53,184 bases of DNA from an uncultured Gammaproteobacteria bacterium (GCA_964388365.1 CAYMAF010000002.1:1-53184), one strand, 5' to 3'; positions 26,929 to 35,720 are shown, counted from the first letter of the stretch. The notes: generated by a model not told the origin, from the sequence alone. Made by a program: numbers and translations.

Positions 26929-26974
26929 TCATCACGCGCGGATCGTGCTTCCTTCGGCGGAACGGTCGAAGGGG

Positions 26975-27544
26975 CTACTCTTCCGCGAGATTACGCGGCG
27001 GCATGTCCTCGGGACGGTCCGTCCACTCGATTTCCGGCCACACGTGCACGCGGGACTTGAACCGCCAGCCGGCCGGCGTCTTCTCGAACGTGTCTTCGTA
27101 CCCGCCTTGCCAATGCACGACGTCGCCGCGTGCATCGGTATCGTTCGTGATCATCACCAGCGTCGAGATCGCCTTCGCACCGCCGGGCGCCGGCGTGATC
27201 ACGGGGTTGATCGTCAGGTGATAGCTTTGCTTCTCGGGCGCCGGGCGACAGCCCGTCGTACCGCCGCCGACCCGCGCAAGCTCCTCGCGGCCGCGGAACC
27301 ATATTTTCGCTTCGCCCCACGCCGAAGAGACGCCGAAGGTTCCGTCGTCGGTATAAAGGTCCGCGTAGCGGTAGCCGTTGCCCACGCAGTTGTCGAGAAC
27401 GTGCGGATACTGATCGATAAGCGCTCGGATCTCGAGGTAGTCCTCCATCGTGAGCGGTCCATTGCCGTTCTGGGCCGTCGTCGTGGTCGCGATCAACACC
27501 GCGGCGAGCCCGGCCGTCAGGAATCCGAGTGCGAAGTGCTTCAT
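26975..27544 (-). CDS. Secreted NTF2-fold (SnoaL_4-like) protein
   Basis: Start at ATG 27544 (MKHFALGFLTAGLAAVLIATTTTAQ signal peptide). LTMEDYLEIRALIDQYPHVLD...YADLYTDDGTF is the typical NTF2-like opening. Confidence 0.65.
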   Translation of the reverse strand: MKHFALGFLTAGLAAVLIATTTTAQNGNGPLTMEDYLEIRALIDQYPHVLDNCVGNGYRYADLYTDDGTFGVSSAWGEAKIWFRGREELARVGGGTTGCRPAPEKQSYHLTINPVITPAPGGAKAISTLVMITNDTDARGDVVHWQGGYEDTFEKTPAGWRFKSRVHVWPEIEWTDRPEDMPPRNLAEE

Positions 27545-27800
27545 GGTGTCCCCCATCGTGGTGATGCCGCGAAATCATAGCTTGGGTCCGGGCGGCCTCG
27601 CGAGAAGAAGCGTTCTGCTCGTACGGCTCGCGAGCGTGCCGCACAGTACGCTCCGTTTCGGAGTGCTCCTCGGACGCATCGAGACAGGAGAGCATGGCTT
27701 CTCGCCGGCCATAGCGCCTCGAGCCGTGCTTGGCCAAGTCCCGATTCTGTGATTTCGCTCCCCGCGGACCGATGACGCTGGCCGTTACATTTCAGGCGCC

Positions 27801-29540
27801 ATGCACCCGATAACGATCTATTACGACGGCGACTGCCCGTTTTGCACGCGCTATGTGCGCTACACACGGCTGAAGCGGGCGGCCGGGGAACCGAAGCTCG
27901 TCGACTTGCGACGGGACCGAGAGAGCCGGGAAGCTCTCGAGCGCGCCGGCTACGATCTCGACAAGGGCATGGTCGTCGAGATAGGCGACCGGCGCTTCTT
28001 CGGCGCGGAGGCGATGAATGCGCTCGCGCTGATGACGACGCGGAGCGGCCTCTTCAACCGACTCACGTCGTCTCTCTTCTCGAGACGTGCCGCAGCCGCC
28101 GCGCTCTATCCGTTGCTGCGTGGCTGCCGCAATTTCGTCGTCAGCGTATTGGGACGCGGCCCTCTCCAGCCGAGGGCGGACGACAGCCGCCTCGTGCTGT
28201 TCTCCGTTTGCTGGGGCATCTTCGCCTGCTTCCACTTTCTGGTTTACGCGTTCGATTTCTATGCCGAAGCCTATCCGACGACCTACCTGATTCCGGTGCT
28301 CGGCGTCTGGGTGGCCCTTCGGCCGCGCTTCCGGCTCTCGTTGGCGCTGCTGCTGTGTGTGATGGCGGTCGATGCATGGCTGCATATGCCGGTCTTCTCG
28401 AATCACACGATCATGAAGAACTTTCTTCTGGCAGCCGCCCTTGCCGGCGGGATCGTGGCGGTGCTTCGCGCCGAAAGCTGGTCTTCATGGCTCGAAGACG
28501 TAGCTCCGATCGGCAGGGCTCTGCTGCTCGTGATGTACGTGTTCGGGGTCTTCCATAAGCTGAACACCGATTTTTTGAACCCCGATGTCAGCTGCGCGAA
28601 CGAGCTGTGGAGGGAGATGTTATGGCCGCTCTCTTCGATCGACGCTCCGTGGTTCGGTTACGTGACGGTGTACGGCACGCTCGTCATCGAGACGCTGATT
28701 CTGATCTTTCTCCTCGTGCCGACACTGCGGCACGTGGGGATCGTCACGGGCATCGCCTTTCACATGCTGCTCGCGCTCAGCGGTTACGCACTCTATAGCG
28801 GGTTCTCGGCGCTCTCGGTGGCCCTCCACGCCCTGTTCCTGTCGCCGGCTGCCGCCGAGCGAATCGTGACGTCGCCTCCGTGGACGCAAGCCGCACGTTT
28901 CGTACGCAGCTACCTCGGCGTGACGACGATCGTTGCGTACGGCATCGCGCTGCTGCTCGCGAGCTTCATCAATGCTTACCCTGTCGTCGCTCTCCTGTGG
29001 TTCGCATTGACCGTTCCGCTGCTCGGCATGGTCGTTCGCTACGGCCGTGATGAGACGGACAGACGCGTCACAGGCATCTTCGTCTCCCGGCAAGCGTGGC
29101 TCAACGTCTTGTCCGTGGCCTTCGTCATCAACTGCATCACGCCGTATCTCGGGCTGAAGACGGCGCAGTCGATCAACATGTTCGCGAACCTTCGACTCGA
29201 GGGCGGCGTCAGCAACCATATCGTCCTGTCGAATCCGCCTGGCCCCTTCAAGTACCTCGAGGATCTCGTCGAGATCCGCGCGTCGGCCGGCGCGCCGTAC
29301 TTGGATTACGTGATGCGAGAGGGTTTACGGCTTACGTATTACGACCTATTGAATCAGGTCGAGCGCGTTCCGGGCGCGAAAGTCACCTTCGAGCGGGGCG
29401 GTCACATTCACGTCGACCAATCCGCGGAGACGCTTAGAAACGAAATCGAAGCGATCCTGCATCCCCGCTGGATCAGGAAGTGGTTTCACTTCACTCCGGT
29501 CGATGTCAGGACGCCGAAGGTCTGCGCACGGAACCGGTAG
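27801..29540 (+). CDS. Fusion protein: N-terminal DCC-family (DUF393) thiol-disulfide oxidoreductase plus a large polytopic membrane domain (HTTM / vitamin-K-carboxylase-like appearance)
   Basis: N-terminus MHPITIYYDGDCPFCTRYV (DCC CxxC motif), then more than 10 hydrophobic helices. Segments YVFGVFHKLNTDFLNP, GIAFHMLLAL and MFANLRLEGGVSNHIVLS resemble HTTM-domain proteins from memory. 579 aa. Confidence 0.6.
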   Translation: MHPITIYYDGDCPFCTRYVRYTRLKRAAGEPKLVDLRRDRESREALERAGYDLDKGMVVEIGDRRFFGAEAMNALALMTTRSGLFNRLTSSLFSRRAAAAALYPLLRGCRNFVVSVLGRGPLQPRADDSRLVLFSVCWGIFACFHFLVYAFDFYAEAYPTTYLIPVLGVWVALRPRFRLSLALLLCVMAVDAWLHMPVFSNHTIMKNFLLAAALAGGIVAVLRAESWSSWLEDVAPIGRALLLVMYVFGVFHKLNTDFLNPDVSCANELWREMLWPLSSIDAPWFGYVTVYGTLVIETLILIFLLVPTLRHVGIVTGIAFHMLLALSGYALYSGFSALSVALHALFLSPAAAERIVTSPPWTQAARFVRSYLGVTTIVAYGIALLLASFINAYPVVALLWFALTVPLLGMVVRYGRDETDRRVTGIFVSRQAWLNVLSVAFVINCITPYLGLKTAQSINMFANLRLEGGVSNHIVLSNPPGPFKYLEDLVEIRASAGAPYLDYVMREGLRLTYYDLLNQVERVPGAKVTFERGGHIHVDQSAETLRNEIEAILHPRWIRKWFHFTPVDVRTPKVCARNR

Positions 29541-29591
29541 CGAACGGAACGAAAGCACGCTGTCGTCGCTCGAGCGCGCCGAAAAGACAGA

Positions 29592-30863
29592 CTATCGCGA
29601 AACGGACCTTCCGACGCGGCGCCCGCCGTAGCCTCCGGACAGCGCTCGCTCCCGCTCCACGAACCCCTCGAAGCACGGCCCGCTCGCGGTGCGCTCCATT
29701 GCTCGCGCCTCGGCATCGAGGCGGCGAATCGCGTGAAGCCGATCGGCGTTGCCGAGCTTCGCGCGATTCACCGCGCTCTTCAGGACGCGAATCGTCTCGT
29801 CGTACACGTCGAGCGGCACGGGGAACGGGTGCCCGTCTTTGCCGCCGTGGGCGAGGGAGAAGCGCGCCGGATCCGAGAAGCGGCACGGCGCCCCGTGCAC
29901 GACCTCGGCAACGAGGGCGAGCGCGGCAACCGTGCGCGCGCCGACGCGCGGCGTCAGCAGCACGTCCGTGAAGTCGCGCGGATCGCGCTCCGCCGCCGCG
30001 GCGAGCGCGCCTCGCAGGCGCCTCAGCACGACGTCGGAGGCGCGAATGTCGTGACGCGCCGGCATCTGAAGGTGCGGGAGCTGGGCTTCCGCGGCGAGCT
30101 CGAGGGTCTCTTCGTCCGTCTCGAGCTCCGGGAATAAGCTGAGCGCGGCATGGGTGGGTTCACGGAGCCGCCGGAGAACGCCTATTGCCCTATCCGGCCC
30201 GTTGCGCAGGAGATCGAGCCCGGCGCTGCGGTTTCGTGCGGCGCGCGCATCGGCCAGATTGAGGATCGGACCTTGATTTCGCCCCTCGATCGCGGCGTGC
30301 GGCGAGTCCAAAAAGCTCTCGAGATTCTCGGAGAGCCAGTGGTAACGGCGCGCTTCGCGGCGGGCGCCGTTCATGCCCTGCTGCACGACGCACCAATCAC
30401 CGCCGGCGCTGACGATGAACGCATGCAGGTAGAGGTCGAACCCGTCCTGCACCGCAGCGGAGTCGATCTTCGCGACGAGGCGGCTCGTTCGTGCGAGCGA
30501 ATCGCCGTCGAGGCCCGTTCGCTCGCCGACGTGTGCGAGCTCTGCGGGCGTACGGCGCGAATGCCTGCCGCGCCCGCCGCAAACGTAGATGCCGAGTTCT
30601 CTCTGAAGCGGCTCGAGCCCGCGCTTCAACGCACCGATTACGCTCGTCGTGATACCCGATGAATGCCAATCCATCCCCATCACGGCGCCGAGCGATTGAA
30701 ACCAGAACGGGTGGGCGAGCCTTCTAAGCAGCTCGTCGCGCCCGTAATGAAGGACGATGGCTTCGACGATCACTCGGCCGAGAGCCGCCATACGCGCCGC
30801 GAGCCACTGCGGGACTCGCCCGCCGTGCAAAGGAAGATCGGCGCTGCCGGTGCGCTTCGCCAT
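29592..30863 (-). CDS. DUF763-family protein
   Basis: MAKRTGSADLPLHGGRVPQWL...HPFWFQSLGAVMGMDWHSSGITTSVIGALK matches the conserved N-terminal block of DUF763 proteins. 423 aa. Confidence 0.6.
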   Translation of the reverse strand: MAKRTGSADLPLHGGRVPQWLAARMAALGRVIVEAIVLHYGRDELLRRLAHPFWFQSLGAVMGMDWHSSGITTSVIGALKRGLEPLQRELGIYVCGGRGRHSRRTPAELAHVGERTGLDGDSLARTSRLVAKIDSAAVQDGFDLYLHAFIVSAGGDWCVVQQGMNGARREARRYHWLSENLESFLDSPHAAIEGRNQGPILNLADARAARNRSAGLDLLRNGPDRAIGVLRRLREPTHAALSLFPELETDEETLELAAEAQLPHLQMPARHDIRASDVVLRRLRGALAAAAERDPRDFTDVLLTPRVGARTVAALALVAEVVHGAPCRFSDPARFSLAHGGKDGHPFPVPLDVYDETIRVLKSAVNRAKLGNADRLHAIRRLDAEARAMERTASGPCFEGFVERERALSGGYGGRRVGRSVSR

Positions 30864-30893
30864 GGCCGGAGTATCGGCGAGGTGCCCGCGCCG

Positions 30894-31796
30894 TCAAGCC
30901 ATTAGCGGCTCGAGCACCTCGCGCAAGCTCCGCGGCCGAACGCCGGTCAGGTGCTCGACGGCATCCGTGCAGCTCTCCATGTAGCCCTCACGGATCGAGC
31001 GCCCAAACGACGCGACGAGCTCGGCGCCGTAGCGCAAGTGATCGTCTTCGCCTTCCGCGTTTTCGATCAAGCCGGCGACGAACTGCTCGTCATCGAGCAC
31101 AACGGCAGCAACTTCGCGTCCGCCGAGCTCCGAATAGAGCTTCGCGAGGTCGGACGCGTCGTATCGCTCGGGACCGGTGATGTCGTAGACGACGTTCTCG
31201 TGCCCGATGCCGACGAGCACCGCGGCCGCCGCGCGCGCGCAATCGTCGCGCGAGACATACGCAACGCCACCTTCTCCTCGGTTGTGTACGAGCTTGCCGG
31301 TCTCGATCGCGCGCTGCGCTTCGATCGCCTGATACTCCGCGTAAAGGCTGTTGCGGAGAATCGTCCAGCCGATACCCTGCGCGGCGAGCGCTTGCTCCGT
31401 CGCGTAGTGGCTCGGCGCAACGGCGGCCGGGTTCCCGGGCTCGGACGCGAGCCCGGACGTATAGATAATATGCTTGACGCCCGCTTTCGAGGCCGCACGG
31501 ATCGCGTCGCGATGCTGCTGCACACGGTGCTTGAGGTCCGTGGCGCTGACCAGCAGCATCCGGTCCGCGCCTTCGAAGGCCGCGGGCAGCGACGCGGGAT
31601 CCGCGAAGTCGCCGAACCGGATTTCGGCTCCGCGGGCCTCGAGATCCTTAAGCTTCTCGGGGCTGCGGGTCACGAGAATGAGGTTTCCCGCCGCGCCGGC
31701 GTCGAGCACGAGCTCGGCGGTGCGCCGGCCGAGTTGTCCGGATGCCCCGGTGATCAAGAGCCACGCGGCTCCGGGCGCGTGTCGTAGCTCGCTCAT
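30894..31796 (-). CDS. NmrA-like / atypical SDR NAD(P)H-binding oxidoreductase (quinone-reductase-2-like)
   Basis: Start at ATG 31796 (MSELRHAPGAAWLLITGASGQLG Rossmann motif). NmrA-like GWTILRNSLY segment. Confidence 0.8.
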   Translation of the reverse strand: MSELRHAPGAAWLLITGASGQLGRRTAELVLDAGAAGNLILVTRSPEKLKDLEARGAEIRFGDFADPASLPAAFEGADRMLLVSATDLKHRVQQHRDAIRAASKAGVKHIIYTSGLASEPGNPAAVAPSHYATEQALAAQGIGWTILRNSLYAEYQAIEAQRAIETGKLVHNRGEGGVAYVSRDDCARAAAAVLVGIGHENVVYDITGPERYDASDLAKLYSELGGREVAAVVLDDEQFVAGLIENAEGEDDHLRYGAELVASFGRSIREGYMESCTDAVEHLTGVRPRSLREVLEPLMA

Positions 31797-31820
31797 ACTC
31801 CCCCCATACGAGAAGCTAGT

Positions 31821-32111
31821 ATGCGTGAGCATACGCTAAGACCGGCTTCGACCGCGAAAGCTGGGATCGTCGCAGCAGCCGTCATCGGCATCTCGATCGG
31901 GCATTACGCATTCCTCGTGAGCGAGAGCGAGTTCGACGAGATCTTCGCGCGCATCGGCGAGCGAGGACTCGACTTCTGGGCGGACCCGGCGCACGAGCGG
32001 CGCTTCGAGATCAATCGCAACGACGGCGGCCGCGGCGTCTACTGGAACGATCCGAGCGGCCACTACCTCGAGATCATCACGCGGCCGTACGGCGCCGGCT
32101 CCGGAGAGTGA
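31821..32111 (+). pseudogene. Probable 5'-truncated VOC (glyoxalase/bleomycin-resistance fold) gene remnant
   Basis: The 96-aa ORF carries only the second beta-alpha-beta-beta-beta half (GHYAFLVSESEFDEIFARIGERGLDFWADP...GGRGVYWNDPSGHYLEIITRPYG). The first about 25 aa are non-homologous, and there is no room for the first half before the divergent NmrA start at 31796. Confidence 0.45.
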
Positions 32112-32246
32112 ACGATCGCCGCCAACGAGTGGCGAGCGAAGAAGGGCAGTCGCAATGCAGGATCGACGTCCGCACCGGATCGATGACGGGCGCGCCGACC
32201 CGGCTCCTGGCGGAGGAGGTCAACGCTCGTGGCTGACCGCGCGTCG

Positions 32247-32699
32247 TTAGAGGACGATCAGCTTGCCCTGCATCAGAACGTAGTGCGCCGGAAAGCTGCA
32301 GAAGAACGTGTAATCGCCGCCCGGCTCGAGGATCGACGGATCGAAGCTGATCGTGGTTTCCTCGCCGCCGCCGATGACCTTGGTGGCGGCCAGCACGCGC
32401 TCGTCGCCCGGCTTGACGAAGTCGTTGTCGATACCGGCGAGCTGGCCATCGGCCACCGCGCCTTCGAAATCCTCGGTCCTCGTCAGCACCCAGTTATGCC
32501 CCATCGAATTGACGGGCAGCTTACCGACGTGCCTGAGCGTGAGGCTGAACGACTCGCAGCTCGAATCGACGATGATCTCTCTCTGGCTGAACTGGAGCGC
32601 GTCCGGGACCTCGACCGTGACCGCGCAGGCCTCGCCGGCGTCGGCCTTGCCCGAGAGCCACAGCACCGCCGCGAGAGCAGCGCTCAGAATCCGCCTCAT
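32247..32699 (-). CDS. azu: Azurin (type 1 blue copper protein)
   Basis: Signal peptide, then ...SMGHNWVL... and ...FFCSFPAHYVLMQG (Cu ligands His, Cys, His, Met in azurin spacing). 150 aa. Confidence 0.9.
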   Translation of the reverse strand: MRRILSAALAAVLWLSGKADAGEACAVTVEVPDALQFSQREIIVDSSCESFSLTLRHVGKLPVNSMGHNWVLTRTEDFEGAVADGQLAGIDNDFVKPGDERVLAATKVIGGGEETTISFDPSILEPGGDYTFFCSFPAHYVLMQGKLIVL

Positions 32700-32842
32700 A
32701 CGCGTGGTCCTTTCGACGGTATCGGTATCGCCACGATTCGGGGGGTCGATGTTAGCAAACTCCGCGCCGGTGCACGGGCCTCACGGCGAGCTCGCCCGAG
32801 CTTAAACAAGGACTTACCGAACCAGACCTAGGCCGGCGGCCG

Positions 32843-32935
32843 TTTTGCTCGTTTATCAAGATTTATTGTTTCGGAATTTTTCTCATGTCCAACATCGCTT
32901 ACGCTAGGCGTCCAGGGGAGTCCGTTCTTTTTTGG
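32843..32935. promoter_or_regulatory. Locally AT-rich tract in the azurin / G8-protein divergent intergenic region (probable promoter / regulatory region)
   Basis: ttttgctcgtttatcaagatttattgtttcggaatttttctcatgtcc...gttcttttttggttgc stands out against the flanking high-GC DNA. Confidence 0.4.
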
Positions 32936-32962
32936 TTGCTCGAGTACGGGGATCGATAAGCC

Positions 32963-35614
32963 ATGTCAATGAAATCTCGCGTGCCGCTTCTTGCGTTAGC
33001 CGTGCCGGCGTGCTTCCTGTTCGGCGGTCATACGATTGTCGAGGCGAAGCCGACTCTGTGGTCGGATCCCGCGACCTGGCCCGAAGGCCGCGTGCCCGCC
33101 GAAGGCGATGCCGTCGTCATCGACAGGGACATGGAGGTCGTGCTCGACGTCAGCCCGCCGCCGCTCCGCAGCTTGACGATCGGCGGGAAACTCAGCTTCG
33201 CGAACGATAAGGACCTCGAGCTGATCACCGACTGGATCCTGTTGCACGGCGAGCTGCATATCGGCAGCGAGGCCGAGCCGCATACGCGCAACGCGACGAT
33301 CACGCTGGTCGACAACGTCCCCGGCGAGGACATCAACACGATGGGCGACCGCGGGATCCTGATCATGGGCGGGACCCTGAGCCTGCACGGCGATCGCGTC
33401 CACACGTGGACGAAGCTCGCGAGGACCGCCGAGGCCGGCAGCACGACGATCGAGGTGTTGGACGCGAGCGGCTGGCGGGTCGGCGATGTGATCGTCCTCG
33501 CGTCGACGGACTTCGATTTCAAGCAAGCCGAGAAGCGGACGATCGCCGCGATCGACGGCAACGTCATCACGCTCGACCGCGCGCTAGAGTACATGCATTT
33601 CGGCGAGATCACGTTCGGCGTCGACGAGCGCGGCGAGGTGGGCTTGCTCACGCGCAACATTCGCATTCAGGCGGCCGAGGATGCCGACCGCACGTACCAG
33701 GGCGGGCACATCATGGCGATGCCCGGCAGCAAGATGTACGTTTCGGGCGTCGAGCTCTATCGGATGGGCCAGCACCTGCAGCTCGCCCGGTATCCGATTC
33801 ACTGGCATCTGCTCGGCGACGCGACGGGGCAGTTCCTCAAGAACTCCGCGATCCACAACACCTACAGCCGGTGCGTGACCGTGCACGGCACGGACAACCT
33901 GCTGATCGAGAACAACGTGACCTACGACAACGTCGGTCACTGCTTCTTCATGGAGGACGGCATCGAGACCGGTAATCGGTTCGTCCGGAACTTGGGGATG
34001 ATGACGAAGTGTCATCCGACGAAGCCGTGCAATCCGACGAATCTAGGGGTTCCCGGAGAAAGAGGCGACGGGAACGGCCAACGCGCCGACGATGTGCTGA
34101 TCCCGTCGGACAACACGGTCTCGACGTTCTGGATCACGAATCCGTCGAACCATTATATCGGCAATGTCGCCGCGGGCTCGGAGGCGAACGGCTTTTGGGT
34201 CTCGCTGCCGGAGCACCCGACCGGCCAGTTCGAGGGCACGGAGATCAGCCTGAACACCTGGCCGCGGCGGATGCCGCAAGGGGAGTTTCGCGGCAACGTC
34301 GCGCACTCTAACTTCGACGGCCTGATGTTCGATCGGAACGCCGGGGCCGACGGGACGTTCGGCGTGACCGGCAGCTCGCATATCGCCCGCGAGAATCCCG
34401 CGGACCCGAATAGTAAGTCGATCGAGTCGCTGATCGAAGACTTTACCGCGTACAAGAACCGGAACGGAGGCATCTGGGCCCGGGGCGAGATGAAGGTCTT
34501 CAGAGACCTGAAGCTCGCGGACAACGCGATCGGCTTCACGATGGCGTCCGGCTCGATCGGCCGCGATCCCTTCACGTCGAAGGTCGTCGACTCGCTGTTC
34601 GTCGGGGAGACCGACAACATCGGCAACCCGCGCACTCCGGAGGAGAAGGCCTACGGCCGCAGCCTGCCGAAGCCGCACGTCCCGGATTTCCCGATTCGCG
34701 GCTACGAGTTCTACGACTACCTTCATTCGGTCGAGAACACGACCTTCGTGAACTACGAGGACAACGACACGCGCGAGACCGGAGCGATGTCGTATCTGCT
34801 GTACACGAGCTTCGGAATGAGCGTAGAGAACGCCGTGAAGGGCGCGAAGTTCGTCAATGCGAAGCCGGTGCACTTCCCTCGGAAGGAGCGTAAGTGGGCC
34901 AACGATACCGGGAGCAGCTCCGCCTATACGAGCGCGACGATCCATGATCTCGACGGCTCGGTCAGCGGTGTGCCGAACTCGTACATCGTCATCGACAACG
35001 GTATCGCGTCCGACGACGAAGCGTGCGAGATCAAGCCTTCGTGGGGCGCCGCCGTGTGCCGTGGCGACTTCGGCCGCCTCAGCGTCGGCGGCCCCGGCGG
35101 CCCTGGCGGCCCCGGCTTCGGCGGATTCGCCGGCTTTGCCGGCCCGGGCGGGGCGCCCGGCTCCGGCGCGGCCCCGGGTCGCTCCAGGCCTCCCGGTGCC
35201 GGCGGGCCTCCCGGTGCCGGGGCGCCGGCCGGTCCGGGCGGAGGCTTCGCGGGATTCGGCGGTCCTCCGGCCGAGCCCGTGACGCTCAGCCGTAACGGAA
35301 GACAGTTCGAATATACCGGGCAGACGACGATTCGGAGCGGTGCCGAGGTCCGGGTCGACACGGCCAGGGAGTCCGTATCCCTTACGCTGTCGGAGATGGA
35401 CCACGGCTCCTGGGTAATCTTCGAGCTGCCGGGATTCAAGACCGCCGCCTCGGGCAAGAAGCAGAGGAGCCTCGACGCGCTGCACAAGGCCGATGAGACC
35501 TCGTACTACAAGAGCGGCGACACGCTGTGGGTCAAGCTCGTCGTCGAGAATCCCGAAGGCGTGAACCGTCCCGGCCCGATGGGCCCCAGCACCCGCATCG
35601 ACGTCAGCAGGTAA
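32963..35614 (+). CDS. Secreted G8-domain / right-handed beta-helix protein (CEMIP/KIAA1199-TMEM2-like), with an internal Gly/Pro-rich linker
   Basis: Signal peptide MSMKSRVPLLALAVPACFLFGGHTIVEA. G8-like N-terminus (WSDPATWPEGRVPAEGDAVVIDRDMEVVLD...LTIGGKLSF...LHGELHIG...ILIMGGTLSLHG). Beta-helix block YPIHWHLLGD...HNTYSRCVTVHGTDNLLIENNVTYDNVGHCFFMEDG. 883 aa. Confidence 0.7.
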   Translation: MSMKSRVPLLALAVPACFLFGGHTIVEAKPTLWSDPATWPEGRVPAEGDAVVIDRDMEVVLDVSPPPLRSLTIGGKLSFANDKDLELITDWILLHGELHIGSEAEPHTRNATITLVDNVPGEDINTMGDRGILIMGGTLSLHGDRVHTWTKLARTAEAGSTTIEVLDASGWRVGDVIVLASTDFDFKQAEKRTIAAIDGNVITLDRALEYMHFGEITFGVDERGEVGLLTRNIRIQAAEDADRTYQGGHIMAMPGSKMYVSGVELYRMGQHLQLARYPIHWHLLGDATGQFLKNSAIHNTYSRCVTVHGTDNLLIENNVTYDNVGHCFFMEDGIETGNRFVRNLGMMTKCHPTKPCNPTNLGVPGERGDGNGQRADDVLIPSDNTVSTFWITNPSNHYIGNVAAGSEANGFWVSLPEHPTGQFEGTEISLNTWPRRMPQGEFRGNVAHSNFDGLMFDRNAGADGTFGVTGSSHIARENPADPNSKSIESLIEDFTAYKNRNGGIWARGEMKVFRDLKLADNAIGFTMASGSIGRDPFTSKVVDSLFVGETDNIGNPRTPEEKAYGRSLPKPHVPDFPIRGYEFYDYLHSVENTTFVNYEDNDTRETGAMSYLLYTSFGMSVENAVKGAKFVNAKPVHFPRKERKWANDTGSSSAYTSATIHDLDGSVSGVPNSYIVIDNGIASDDEACEIKPSWGAAVCRGDFGRLSVGGPGGPGGPGFGGFAGFAGPGGAPGSGAAPGRSRPPGAGGPPGAGAPAGPGGGFAGFGGPPAEPVTLSRNGRQFEYTGQTTIRSGAEVRVDTARESVSLTLSEMDHGSWVIFELPGFKTAASGKKQRSLDALHKADETSYYKSGDTLWVKLVVENPEGVNRPGPMGPSTRIDVSR
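35087..35277 (+). repeat. Low-complexity Gly/Pro/Ala/Phe-rich linker inside the G8 protein
   Basis: GGPGGPGGPGFGGFAGFAGPGGAPGSGAAPGRSRPPGAGGPPGAGAPAGPGGGFAGFGGPPAEP. It contains the direct repeat cctcccggtgccgg at 35189-35202 and 35207-35220 (18-bp period). Confidence 0.8.
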
Positions 35615-35637
35615 GACGCACGCGGCCATCAGCGCGG

Positions 35638-35656
35638 GCCCCGGCGGAGCCGGGGC
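35638..35656. terminator. Short GC hairpin downstream of the G8 gene
   Basis: GCCCCGG-cggag-CCGGGGC, 24 nt after the TAA at 35612-35614, between convergent genes. Weak, with no U tract. Confidence 0.3.
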
Positions 35657-35720
35657 TCGTGCGACCGGCGGTCGTCCGTTCCCTCGGCGGAGACGGCGCT
35701 CGTTCTTGACTTGGCGCTCT

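Noticed and set aside
27601-27621. Imperfect hairpin cgagaagaa-gcg-ttctgctcg in the 256-nt divergent region upstream of the DCC-fusion gene
   Set aside because: It has one mismatch and no second copy. Its position is compatible with chance, and I cannot tie it to a known operator.
32730-32760. FNR/ANR-like box upstream of azurin (TCGATgttaGCAAA)
   Set aside because: It has three mismatches to TTGAT-N4-ATCAA, which is not convincing without a scoring matrix.
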